A stretch of 64,000 nt of DNA from a virus (IMGVR_UViG_3300036945_000242:1-64000); one strand, 5' to 3'. Counted from the first letter of the stretch, positions 25,899-35,274 are shown. Notes: generated by a model from the letters alone, not told the origin. Program-made: numbers and translations.

Positions 25899-26598
25899 AT
25901 TTTACCTTTTGTAAGTCTTTAGCCTCAATACTTATTCGTTCAACAGTAACCGTTAGATTCTTGTCGATTTTGTGATAAGCGTTCATATCAACTTCAACAG
26001 TTTCGCCCTTTAGGTTAGCTCTGCGTGGAATATCCCTAGTAGAAGTAATTATACTACCATTTTCAATGGAAGTAAAGTATAAAGGGCGTTTACCGTTACG
26101 ATAATACGTTATAGATTTAGTATCTTTACCCAATTCACATACCGCCATTGAAGCGTCTTGAAACTCTTCCAAAGGCGATAACGAATGTAATACTAATTCG
26201 CTATCGTTCCTAGTGGCGCACGTATAACCGTAATTACTTTCCCATTGGCTAGGATCCTCTTGAGTAATAACCCCGTTATGGGCGATTGAAGTTGTTTCGT
26301 TTGAAATAGGCTGATTATACAATAGGTCAGAAGTAGAATATCTACAATGACCTATTAAATACAAGTTACCGTCAGCGTTCACTAAATCCGATAATTTATC
26401 ATCCGTTAAATGGATATCGACAAATTTATCTGCTGATATAGAATCCGAGATAGTAACAATATCAGCCGACCACCATGGTAGAAAGGAAATACCCGTAGCG
26501 TGTTTACCCCTAATCATAGACTCGGTAAACACTTTTCGTAGGAGAGCTAAGTCTCCTACGGTCGGATTCAATATAATGCTTCCAACGATTGCGCACAT
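25879..26598 (-). CDS. stand-alone class-II (Ntn) glutamine amidotransferase domain protein
   Basis: Protein starts MCAIVGS (Cys2 nucleophile as in MCGIVG of PurF/GlmS/AsnB). 239 aa, no synthetase domain. Its ATG abuts the TAA of the upstream gene. Confidence 0.6.
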   Translation of the reverse strand: MCAIVGSIILNPTVGDLALLRKVFTESMIRGKHATGISFLPWWSADIVTISDSISADKFVDIHLTDDKLSDLVNADGNLYLIGHCRYSTSDLLYNQPISNETTSIAHNGVITQEDPSQWESNYGYTCATRNDSELVLHSLSPLEEFQDASMAVCELGKDTKSITYYRNGKRPLYFTSIENGSIITSTRDIPRRANLKGETVEVDMNAYHKIDKNLTVTVERISIEAKDLQKVKYETISV

Positions 26599-28008
26599 TT
26601 AGAAAAAATCCTCTAAGCTAGATTGTTTAACAGACTCGGGATGGTTTTTAAGCATCTCTTCATAACCAATTTTACTGGCGCAATAATCGTACCAAGCTTG
26701 CTCAGTCCACATTCCAGGAGAAATACCGTTCCAACGTAAACGCTGTAAAGGGTGTGATTTATCTAATCGGCGACTCTCCACATACTCAAACCTAGCGTTC
26801 TCATACTCATAAGAACCCAAGTTCAACATACCCTCACGTAAATAACAAACTAACGAAATACGCTCAGCTTGCTCATCGTGTAAAGTAATTTCGGTATTAC
26901 CGTGAAGAACTTCGTGGTTATTGATTAACAGTAAATCTCCAGGACGTACATTAACCGCAATTCTATATTCTGGGGCTACTAAGTAACCGCCTGTATAGTT
27001 ACCGTTATTAGATAATACTAATAGGTTAGATAAGCCCTGAGTATAATCGCCAGCGTCATAATGAGCAGCAGTTCTAAAGGTTCTATTAACAGTAAGCGTA
27101 GTGAATGGCGTTCCAGGAACTCTAAATCTATGATCAATAGTTTCAGCAGCACGCATTTGGTTACCATAACGCCATGGTAATAGGTCTTTAAAACCAGTAG
27201 CCAAGGTTTGTAAAAACGGGTAAGCCCTAGCAAATAACTCAGGATTATCCCGTGTATAGTTAGTAGTTCTACCGTAAGGAATACGTGGATAACGGTCAAA
27301 CCAACCAGCAATACCCGAATATACACCAATACCATAAGTCGTAGTGCTCATAATGGTAGAGATTCTATCCGCAGAGTCAGCCCTAGCCTCACGACTTAAC
27401 GGTTTAATACTATCGACCCATGAGTCAAAATCAAAGCCGTTAGTAAAGCCATGCTCAGGGAAACGGTCAATAACCCATACAAAGTTCTTACCACCACCAC
27501 CCGCTAACTTACGATCTTCTTGAGTAGGGTACTTAGAACGAACCGTGTCAATAACGTCCTCAACTTCAAGAGCTGCTAATCGGGCTGACTTTAACTCGGA
27601 TAACATATCGTATTGGTAGTTAGTAACCCAAATACGAGTATCGTCCGTAACCGTAACGCCCTCTTTAATACCTGAAGCTAAACCTCGATTTTCGGTTCGG
27701 GTAGCAGCTTGACGTAAACCAATATACGCTTCGTCTTGAATTTCTTTAGGGAAAAAGTTCTTACGGAATTTAAAGGCGATTTTTAATTCGTTAGTACCCA
27801 TATGACAAGAAGAACAATCTCTAGGCGTATCGCAGGTACTTTGAGTTACTACGTCGCAGTCAGGAGGCATATACACATCACAATCTTCGTTAATAAGCGT
27901 ATCATAGTGTGATTCGTTTAAGAACATACCAATTAAGTGTTCACAATCGTGTTTAGTATCTGCTACAATAACTCTAACGTTTCTATCTTTTTCTTTAATA
28001 ATCGCCAT
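26599..28008 (-). CDS. 2OG-Fe(II) dioxygenase (HxD...H) with N-terminal Cys/His cluster; TET/JBP-like candidate
   Basis: Cys cluster HDCEH...CDVYMPPDCDVV..CDTPRDCSSCH. Facial triad AHYDAGD about 50 aa before HEVLHG, then RISLVCYLR. Confidence 0.5.
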   Translation of the reverse strand: MAIIKEKDRNVRVIVADTKHDCEHLIGMFLNESHYDTLINEDCDVYMPPDCDVVTQSTCDTPRDCSSCHMGTNELKIAFKFRKNFFPKEIQDEAYIGLRQAATRTENRGLASGIKEGVTVTDDTRIWVTNYQYDMLSELKSARLAALEVEDVIDTVRSKYPTQEDRKLAGGGGKNFVWVIDRFPEHGFTNGFDFDSWVDSIKPLSREARADSADRISTIMSTTTYGIGVYSGIAGWFDRYPRIPYGRTTNYTRDNPELFARAYPFLQTLATGFKDLLPWRYGNQMRAAETIDHRFRVPGTPFTTLTVNRTFRTAAHYDAGDYTQGLSNLLVLSNNGNYTGGYLVAPEYRIAVNVRPGDLLLINNHEVLHGNTEITLHDEQAERISLVCYLREGMLNLGSYEYENARFEYVESRRLDKSHPLQRLRWNGISPGMWTEQAWYDYCASKIGYEEMLKNHPESVKQSSLEDFF

Positions 28009-28023
28009 ATAATACCTCTTTGT

Positions 28024-29427
28024 CTAAAATTTAAAATCACTAAATCCGCCTGCGGAACGTTCGCCACCAATATCTGTTTTACTAAAAGCAGCTGGGTCAG
28101 CTTCCCACGGGGCAGTGTTACCTACTCCGGATAAATCGTCTTGAGCCGAATCTTCAACATCATATAAGGTCATCTTCGAGCGGTCAATACCAATAATAAA
28201 ACGCTTATAATTATCCACACTAGCGTAGCGATTCTTTAGCTGTTTTACCATAATCTGACCCATACTTTCTAATTGTTCATTAGAAACTAAAGCAAACATA
28301 AAGTCAGCCGTAGCGGGTAAGCCAAAAGATTCTGAAGTATCTTCTAATCCAGGATCCGAATTAGTAAAACCGCTTCTAGTGGTTTGGGTAGCTGAAATAA
28401 TAGGAACATTATACTCTACCGCTAAACCCCTAAGTTCCTCAGCAATCGCTTTAATGTAAGTATAAGAATTTACGCCACCACTCATTTTAACCCTTTGACT
28501 TGAACAAATATTCAAGTAGTCAATCATAACAATATCGGGCGTAAAATTACGCTTAACCTTTAACTCTTCCAGTAACGCCCTAAAGTGACCCGCATGAGCC
28601 GAAGAAGTCGGATACTCTTTAACAATCAATTTACCATTAGTCTTTTCCGTTACCTTTTTAATACGAGATAAGAAAACCTCTTTACTCATAGAGCCTAACT
28701 TATCCATACTAATATTTAGAATGTTAGCGTCAATACGTTCTGCGATACGCTCTTCAGCCATCTCCATGGTAATATATAGAACGTTTCTACCCTCAATCAA
28801 ATTACCCGCAGCTACGTGACACATGAATAAGGATTTACCAACACCAGTACCCGCTAAAGCAATATTTAGAGTCTTTTTAGGTAAACCGCCTTTAGTAATT
28901 TTATTAAAGAAATCTAAGTTAAATCCGATACGCTCCTCGACTCGATTGTAATAATCGTATCGAGTTTCCGCATCCTCAAAGTAATCATGACCAACGTGAT
29001 TATCGAAAGTAATAGATAACGCTTGAGTAAGAATACTGGGAATTGCGTCCTGTGTATTCTTACTATCCTTTCCTTCAATAATCTTAATAGAATTTAAAAT
29101 AGCGTTATACACCGCACGGTCTTTACAGAACTTTTCAGTTTTCTCTAATAACCACTCGGTGTTACTTTCGGTAACAGTTAGAGATTTTGAATAATCACTA
29201 AACTCAGAAACCTCTTTATCAGAGATTCCTGGATAGTTAGATATTTCAATCTCAAGAATATCGTGAGAAATAGGCTTGTTATAAGTATCGAAAAACTTAG
29301 ATATGATAGAAGATATAACCGATTCTTTACGGTCGGTGAAATAGCTCTTATCAATATAAGGTACTACCTTGCGGCAGTAGTCCTCATTCTGAATCAGATT
29401 CGATAATATCAAGCTTTCTATTCTCAT
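28024..29427 (-). CDS. 41: replicative DNA helicase gp41 (DnaB-like)
   Basis: Walker A NIALAGTGVGKS, RecA-like C-domain, 467 aa (T4 475 aa). Synteny with gp61, gp40 and uvsX. Confidence 0.8.
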   Translation of the reverse strand: MRIESLILSNLIQNEDYCRKVVPYIDKSYFTDRKESVISSIISKFFDTYNKPISHDILEIEISNYPGISDKEVSEFSDYSKSLTVTESNTEWLLEKTEKFCKDRAVYNAILNSIKIIEGKDSKNTQDAIPSILTQALSITFDNHVGHDYFEDAETRYDYYNRVEERIGFNLDFFNKITKGGLPKKTLNIALAGTGVGKSLFMCHVAAGNLIEGRNVLYITMEMAEERIAERIDANILNISMDKLGSMSKEVFLSRIKKVTEKTNGKLIVKEYPTSSAHAGHFRALLEELKVKRNFTPDIVMIDYLNICSSQRVKMSGGVNSYTYIKAIAEELRGLAVEYNVPIISATQTTRSGFTNSDPGLEDTSESFGLPATADFMFALVSNEQLESMGQIMVKQLKNRYASVDNYKRFIIGIDRSKMTLYDVEDSAQDDLSGVGNTAPWEADPAAFSKTDIGGERSAGGFSDFKF

Positions 29428-29734
29428 CAGTTCCCCCAGTATAAATTAGCGAATTGTCTCTTACGCCCTCTTCCAATAACTCAATTAGAATTTCACCTAA
29501 ACGAGATTCTAAGTCTTCATCTAAGAACGTAAGCCCACCGTCATCATGTAAAGCATATTCAAATTTTAGAACCGCTACTTCATTATCAACATCTTCTCGA
29601 ATTTCATCAAACGCAACTTTACCATAAGAAATAATAACCCCAGTGAACGGTTCATCTAAAAGTTGAATAGCTACTTTACCGCTAATTTTAGATTCTAACG
29701 CTTTGATATTATACTTCGGCATTGTCCAACTCAC
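29384..29734 (-). CDS. 40: gp40-like small protein
   Basis: 116 aa between uvsX and gp41, as T4 gene 40 (114 aa). Call by position and size only. Confidence 0.3.
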   Translation of the reverse strand: MSWTMPKYNIKALESKISGKVAIQLLDEPFTGVIISYGKVAFDEIREDVDNEVAVLKFEYALHDDGGLTFLDEDLESRLGEILIELLEEGVRDNSLIYTGGTDENRKLDIIESDSE

Positions 29735-30806
29735 TTTCGATTTGAATAACTTTAGCTAACTCAGCATCCACTTCGTCATCCGTAATAACCTCACCGTTAG
29801 ATACTTGGTAGCGGTCAGCTACGAACGCATGGAACGTTTTATCGGTTAAGATAGGTTGCCAAAAATCTTTAGACTCAGTATCCTTCAAACGAAACTTCTT
29901 AGCCTCAATCTCACCGCTAGTTTTATCGACCCTAGAATACCAACCGTTTGACGGTTTAATAACGTGACCTGATTCTAAAGACATATCCAATAAACCAGAC
30001 CAACGAGAAATACCACCCTCAAATTTAACCGTAACAGGAATCTTAGACTTCTCACGGGTATATCGGGACTTCTCAACGTTAATGATAAAGTTGTGACCGA
30101 TTAAGTCAGTACCGTCTTTTTCTTGCTGACGACCAATTACGAAAATCGTATCGCTAGATAAGTAAATGCCAGTACCACCCGAAATAATAGCTTTAGGGTA
30201 CATACCCTGTTCCATGTAAATGTGGTTTACCGCTACCATAGGAATATCCAACTTATTTAAATAAGGGGTAATCATACGGAAAATAGACTTCATCTGCTTA
30301 GCTCGAGACATATCCGCAACGGTTTTACCCTCTTTAGCGTCTTCAACTTCTTTCTTAGAAGCCATATTACCTAAAGAGTCAATAACGAAAATAACTCGGT
30401 CACCACGGGTCAATCCTTCTAATTGAGCAATAGCGTCAATTTTAAATTCTTCCATATTCATAATGGGAATATGTACAATTCTAGAAGTATCCATCTTTAA
30501 CGATGTAAAGTAGGCTTCAGGCGTACCAAACTCACAGTCATAAAATACCATAACCGCATCGGGATACTTATCCATATAAGATTTGGCCATTAACAAACTA
30601 AACATAGATTTAAAATGTTTACTTGGACCACACCATAAAGTAAGCCCAGGAACAAAGCCCCCGTCTAACGAACCCGATAACGCTACGTTAATAGCGGGAA
30701 TAGGCGTTTGAATCATATCCTTCTTAGTAAAATACTTAGAAGCGTTAAGAATGGAAGCGTCTTTAATGGTAGTAGTTTTACGGATTTTATCTAATAATGC
30801 GGACAT
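29709..30806 (-). CDS. uvsX: UvsX recombinase (RecA-like)
   Basis: Colinear with remembered T4 UvsX (GPSKHFKS vs GPSKSFKS; YPDAVMVFYDCEFG vs YPDAVCLFYDSEFG; VVFIDSLGNLASKKE). Confidence 0.85.
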   Translation of the reverse strand: MSALLDKIRKTTTIKDASILNASKYFTKKDMIQTPIPAINVALSGSLDGGFVPGLTLWCGPSKHFKSMFSLLMAKSYMDKYPDAVMVFYDCEFGTPEAYFTSLKMDTSRIVHIPIMNMEEFKIDAIAQLEGLTRGDRVIFVIDSLGNMASKKEVEDAKEGKTVADMSRAKQMKSIFRMITPYLNKLDIPMVAVNHIYMEQGMYPKAIISGGTGIYLSSDTIFVIGRQQEKDGTDLIGHNFIINVEKSRYTREKSKIPVTVKFEGGISRWSGLLDMSLESGHVIKPSNGWYSRVDKTSGEIEAKKFRLKDTESKDFWQPILTDKTFHAFVADRYQVSNGEVITDDEVDAELAKVIQIESELDNAEV

Positions 30807-31108
30807 TACTCACCCTTTACAAAGTTAATATATTCTTTTGCGGTCATCATCAAACCGACTTTACGTCTAACTTCATTACCCTCATCATCTACGATAACGC
30901 AAGTCGGTACGCCTCGAATACCAAATTTAATAGCTACCTCACGTTGAGCCTCAATATCAATATTCTCTACTTCGATTAAATCTTTATCGGTAGATTCGAT
31001 AATGGTAGATAACATTTTACACGGAGCACACCAAGTAGCGTGAAATTTTAATAGTTTCATATTATTCCTTAAACATTTTATTGAGACGGTTTCTAGCCGA
31101 AGTAGCAT
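30806..31108 (-). CDS. thioredoxin
   Basis: WCAPCK active site. 100 aa. Confidence 0.65.
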   Translation of the reverse strand: MLLRLETVSIKCLRNNMKLLKFHATWCAPCKMLSTIIESTDKDLIEVENIDIEAQREVAIKFGIRGVPTCVIVDDEGNEVRRKVGLMMTAKEYINFVKGE

Positions 31109-31331
31109 ACGCCGACCAGTTACCCATTTTATCTTCCGTACGTAATAAATTACGACAAGTATATGCGATATCCGCTTGACTACGACATACCGCTTCTTGA
31201 TTTATCTCACCGTTAGTATATACTCTACAATGGTATTTACCATCAATACACGTTACCTTTACTTCGTGGGTACAGTGTTTGAGCATAAATTGTCTTACGG
31301 TTAAAACCATCTTATACCTATTCATAATCAA
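31062..31331 (-). CDS. small Cys-rich protein
   Basis: Probably starts MNRYK near 31325 after GGAGG. Six or more Cys. Confidence 0.3.
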   Translation of the reverse strand: MIMNRYKMVLTVRQFMLKHCTHEVKVTCIDGKYHCRVYTNGEINQEAVCRSQADIAYTCRNLLRTEDKMGNWSAYATSARNRLNKMFKE

Positions 31332-31339
31332 CCCTCCTT

Positions 31340-31376
31340 ATAGGTATATTATACTATAAAAAGGGTTGTAAGTAAA
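31340..31376 (-). promoter_or_regulatory. Early promoter (ttgtaagtaaag family)
   Basis: Minus TTTACT-TACAACCCTTTTTATAG-TATAAT then GGAGG SD. Confidence 0.5.
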
Positions 31377-31379
31377 GTG

Positions 31380-31916
31380 TTATTTATGCGGTACGTCAAA
31401 TACGAAAGTAATTCTAACCACATCGCCCGTGTTTTTAGTACCGTGCGGTAACTTGTTATTAAACCAAAGTAAATCGCCCGCTTTAACGCTAACCGTCTCG
31501 TCTCCAACGGTATAGTCGTATTCGCCTTGGATAGCTAGGTGATACCTATCCCTAGTTTGGTAATAATTACCAATGTCAATATGCGTACCAACCTCACCGC
31601 CAACGGGTAGCGATAAGAACCCGCAACGGGAGTAGGTTTTAAAGTGGCGTTTCATAAAGCGAATAACTTCGGTATGGCGTTCTACTGCGGACGTTGGAAT
31701 ACAAATATCCGTATCGCCCACGTATTGATCCATACTTGTTACGCCACCCATAACCAACTGCAGCACCCCCGCTTTTACCTCGGGGAAGCCGTAGCTTAGC
31801 ATAGATTTAGCCCCATCCGCCCTAGTTTGAACGCCCCAATCTTCGGGGTTATCTTCTAGTTGTTTAAGAATCTTAGAGACGTTAATCCCCCGCTTAATCA
31901 ATTTAATATTATCCAA
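31380..31916 (-). CDS. cupin-type 2OG-Fe(II) oxygenase (Asp/Asn beta-hydroxylase-like)
   Basis: GTHIDIG (HxD) and LPHGTKN (distal His). 178 aa. Confidence 0.4.
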   Translation of the reverse strand: MDNIKLIKRGINVSKILKQLEDNPEDWGVQTRADGAKSMLSYGFPEVKAGVLQLVMGGVTSMDQYVGDTDICIPTSAVERHTEVIRFMKRHFKTYSRCGFLSLPVGGEVGTHIDIGNYYQTRDRYHLAIQGEYDYTVGDETVSVKAGDLLWFNNKLPHGTKNTGDVVRITFVFDVPHK

Positions 31917-34404
31917 AAAAGTCCTCCAATGATGAACGTTCTTCCGTATCCCAACCTAAAGGCGTTATAGTATTTTGTAACGCATCTAAAAATACCTTTT
32001 TAAATTGTAAGTCAAAATCTATATAACGCTCTAAACCAAACTCACTAGGCAACTTCTGTGTAAAGGAAATAACGTCCTCATGGAACGGGTTAGGCTTCCT
32101 TACATAGATAAACTTAATCTTATCACCGTCCCTAATAGGTTTATACTTCTTATCTAAACCCAAACGTTTCAAGTGGTGGTTATGTAATAAGGAACCTCGG
32201 ACGTGAATCGGAGTACCCTTAGCGTATATCGGCGAACCAACATACTTAACCATACCAGAAACGCCTCGGGGTGAGGCGATACTTTCAATAGGAAGTTTAT
32301 TAAACTCAGTTCTAAACTTAGAAACGAATTTATGTAATTCCTGCTCATTACCCGTTAGAATAACGCTAATAGATTCCTTTAACTTATCACGAATAACCTT
32401 TGGAGTTGAGGATTTAACCATCTCCAAACCGCTCACTTTAATTTTCGGCTTAGCGTATTGAACACCCTCTGAGTTGTGGACGTTTAGAATATAACGCTTC
32501 TTGGCAATCCAAATAGCGGTATCAGCTAACACCTCACGTTTCATACGCATCTTCTGAGCGTAAGCGTTCATATACACAGCTAAATCGCTATACGTCTTAT
32601 TCATGAAAGGTTGGAATTTATCTTCACAAACTTTATCCATGAACTTGATTTTCTGCTCATCAGTTTTATTGATACAATACTTTTCAACTAAATCGCCCAT
32701 ACGTAAGTAAATAGAATCGGTATCACTAGCTACAACGTAATCTACGCCTTTGCTTTGTACAATCTCATTCATCAACTTATTATACGCATTAGCAATCCAA
32801 CGAATACTCAACTGACCGCTAGCGGTAATACTCTCCGCCATACGTAAGTCAAAATATCGAAAGTATGGGTTACCAATAGCACCATAAGCCGAGTTCAAAG
32901 CAATCTTCATAGCCATTTGTAGGTTATTAAGCCTTGAAATTTCTTTAAGTAAATGCTTCTTAGATTTATCTAACTCATACTCTTGTTGAAACGCTAACAT
33001 TTGCTTCTTGAACTTAGAACGACTAGCGTACATATCTTCCATCAGCTCAGGTAAAAAGCCCTTAACGTCTTTACGATAACACCACCCGTTCGCAGCCATA
33101 GATAAATTCAATTGCTTGGCTAGCGAAGTATCCGCCTTACCATCGACTAAATCATCAATCGTGCACGATATCTTATACTCGGTTAAAGTTTCAGGCGAAA
33201 TATTATATTGCATAATCAAATGCGGATATAACGAATCCAAGTCAAAAGAAGCTAAAAACTTATGTACACCAACGATAGGATCTTTAACGTAAGCCCCCAT
33301 AAATTGCTCAGACTTAGCCGAGAAACTTTTAATTGGTATAACTACGTTTTTATTCTGTAACGTATTATAGATAATAGAATCCCACATACGAACTGGCGAA
33401 AACACGTCGTCAAAGTTGATTTTAGCGTTATACGCCATAGTATAACACAACTCGATTAAACGCATTTTATCTTCTAACTCAACCACTAACCTAACGTCAA
33501 TAATATTGTATTCGACAAACTTCTGAGGATCGTTAGTGTAAAAGTCTTTAAATGAAGCGTATTCCGAGTGATCGACTTTAGTTTTACCTAACTCATACTC
33601 AGCAATATAGTCTAAAGCGTAGGACTCTTGTTTAGTATAAGTAAACTTCTTATAAAGCTCAAGGTAATCTAAATCGGCAATACCCAAAATATCATAATGT
33701 AACTCTTCACTACCTTTGATAGTAGTTTTACGCTCGTTCACTTTACCCCAAGGCGATAACATATTAGCATACGACTCGCCTAGTTCCCTAGAGATACGGC
33801 GAACCAAATACACAACGTCGAAGAATTTAGTATTCCAACCCGATACCGCATCAGGGTAATTAGAAGCCCAACTAGCTACAAATTCCCGTAACATAGAACG
33901 CTCATCCGTAAAGAACTTGAAATCTACGTCTTCGTGAGTATTATTAAACGGTAAACAACTAAATGTAGTAAACCGTTTAGTCTTACTATTATATTGGGTA
34001 ATAAGGGTGATAGCTTCGTTGGCGGTATTGATATCAGGGAACCCATATTCAGTTTCGGTTTCAATATCGACTAAAGCAGTATGGATTCTATCAATATCCC
34101 AATCTACAGTACCCCTATAATTATCGCTAATGTATTGGATATTATAATTGGTATTACCGTAGATTTCAAACCCGTTTACGTCTTCGTACTGTTTTACGAA
34201 CTCCCTAGTTTCTCGAATACTTCCTGGCTGTACCTCATCTACGGTAGAGCCGTGTAAAGTAGTCCAAGGAGATTGTTTCTTGGACTTGATATACATTGTC
34301 GGGCGATAATCCGCTTTAGACATATACGGGCGACCTTGAGGGTCAATACCTCTTACGAGGATACGATCGCCCATAGTGACAACGTTCGTATAGTATTCTG
34401 ACAT
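31909..34404 (-). CDS. 43: DNA polymerase gp43 (family B)
   Basis: Exo motif VDIETE, polymerase motifs including VVASDTDSIYL (T4 has IAAGDTDSVYV). 831 aa. Confidence 0.9.
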   Translation of the reverse strand: MSEYYTNVVTMGDRILVRGIDPQGRPYMSKADYRPTMYIKSKKQSPWTTLHGSTVDEVQPGSIRETREFVKQYEDVNGFEIYGNTNYNIQYISDNYRGTVDWDIDRIHTALVDIETETEYGFPDINTANEAITLITQYNSKTKRFTTFSCLPFNNTHEDVDFKFFTDERSMLREFVASWASNYPDAVSGWNTKFFDVVYLVRRISRELGESYANMLSPWGKVNERKTTIKGSEELHYDILGIADLDYLELYKKFTYTKQESYALDYIAEYELGKTKVDHSEYASFKDFYTNDPQKFVEYNIIDVRLVVELEDKMRLIELCYTMAYNAKINFDDVFSPVRMWDSIIYNTLQNKNVVIPIKSFSAKSEQFMGAYVKDPIVGVHKFLASFDLDSLYPHLIMQYNISPETLTEYKISCTIDDLVDGKADTSLAKQLNLSMAANGWCYRKDVKGFLPELMEDMYASRSKFKKQMLAFQQEYELDKSKKHLLKEISRLNNLQMAMKIALNSAYGAIGNPYFRYFDLRMAESITASGQLSIRWIANAYNKLMNEIVQSKGVDYVVASDTDSIYLRMGDLVEKYCINKTDEQKIKFMDKVCEDKFQPFMNKTYSDLAVYMNAYAQKMRMKREVLADTAIWIAKKRYILNVHNSEGVQYAKPKIKVSGLEMVKSSTPKVIRDKLKESISVILTGNEQELHKFVSKFRTEFNKLPIESIASPRGVSGMVKYVGSPIYAKGTPIHVRGSLLHNHHLKRLGLDKKYKPIRDGDKIKFIYVRKPNPFHEDVISFTQKLPSEFGLERYIDFDLQFKKVFLDALQNTITPLGWDTEERSSLEDFFG

Positions 34405-34412
34405 TTAATTCC

Positions 34413-34985
34413 TTATTGTTTAATAACGCTTTTACCGTATAAAAGCATCATAATGTCTAGTGCGCAATCATGTACTGGGTGATGTTTAGATACCATCGAA
34501 TCTCTAAAGGTTGGATGCTCTACTTTACAATACCCGTTAGTTGTACCGTACATAATATCAATAGCGGTACGCACATCCCTCCACTTATTATACCCCGTAA
34601 TAGGTTGTACGTCAAGCTTTTTAGCTAGTGAATCAATAGCCATTTGGTCTAATGAACCCCTAGCCCACATAGTTTGTTCTTTACCGTTGTACTTATCCAC
34701 ATATTCAGTAAGCTGCTGTATTCCCTCCTCGGCAGATACGTCCATACGACTAGGAACAAACGCTAACTTACGAACGTATTCGGGTTGCTCATTCCACCAC
34801 TTAAGCGTATTTTTATCAATAGACCGCTTTAACCTAGTGACTTGGTCTTTGCTATCAAATTTAACGCAAAGAGCCTTATTCAATAAGTCGTCATACGAGG
34901 GGTTATCTTCTGGATTAAAGTGAATAATAGCAGCAGATAAAATAACGGTATTAGACTCAACACCAAGAGTTTCTACATCGAACAT
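34413..34985 (-). CDS. dexA: DexA-like 3'-5' exonuclease (DEDD family)
   Basis: Starts MFDVETLG like T4 DexA (MFD..IDFETMG). Exo III-like HHPVHDCALD. Confidence 0.6.
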   Translation of the reverse strand: MFDVETLGVESNTVILSAAIIHFNPEDNPSYDDLLNKALCVKFDSKDQVTRLKRSIDKNTLKWWNEQPEYVRKLAFVPSRMDVSAEEGIQQLTEYVDKYNGKEQTMWARGSLDQMAIDSLAKKLDVQPITGYNKWRDVRTAIDIMYGTTNGYCKVEHPTFRDSMVSKHHPVHDCALDIMMLLYGKSVIKQ

Positions 34986-34992
34986 TAAAATT

Positions 34993-35274
34993 TTAATTCC
35001 CCTTAATAAATTTACCGCTTCTAATCGAGTTCAAAGGTTGATCAGGCAGCTTTAACATCTTACGAATAAGCTTATCCTTAATCATATCAGGCACAGAAGA
35101 ATAAGGATATTCTAACTCAAACGGGCAACCACCCGCACCCCAACCGTTATTGATCATAAATTCTTTAAACATAGCCACGTCAGCTCTGTTTCTGATATTA
35201 AATGTACGACGGTGTTTTAAGTTTTCGAGTAAAATCATATTAAATATCTTTCGCTTCAAAATAATTATTGCCAC
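34993..35274 (-). CDS. hypothetical protein
   Basis: 93-aa ORF. Confidence 0.3.
   Translation of the reverse strand: MAIIILKRKIFNMILLENLKHRRTFNIRNRADVAMFKEFMINNGWGAGGCPFELEYPYSSVPDMIKDKLIRKMLKLPDQPLNSIRSGKFIKGN

Noticed and set aside
27018-27335. 105-aa minus-strand ORF inside the dioxygenase gene (other frame)
   Set aside because: Nested in the frame-shifted reading of a 469-aa ORF that has clear 2OG-oxygenase motifs. Leu-rich junk composition.
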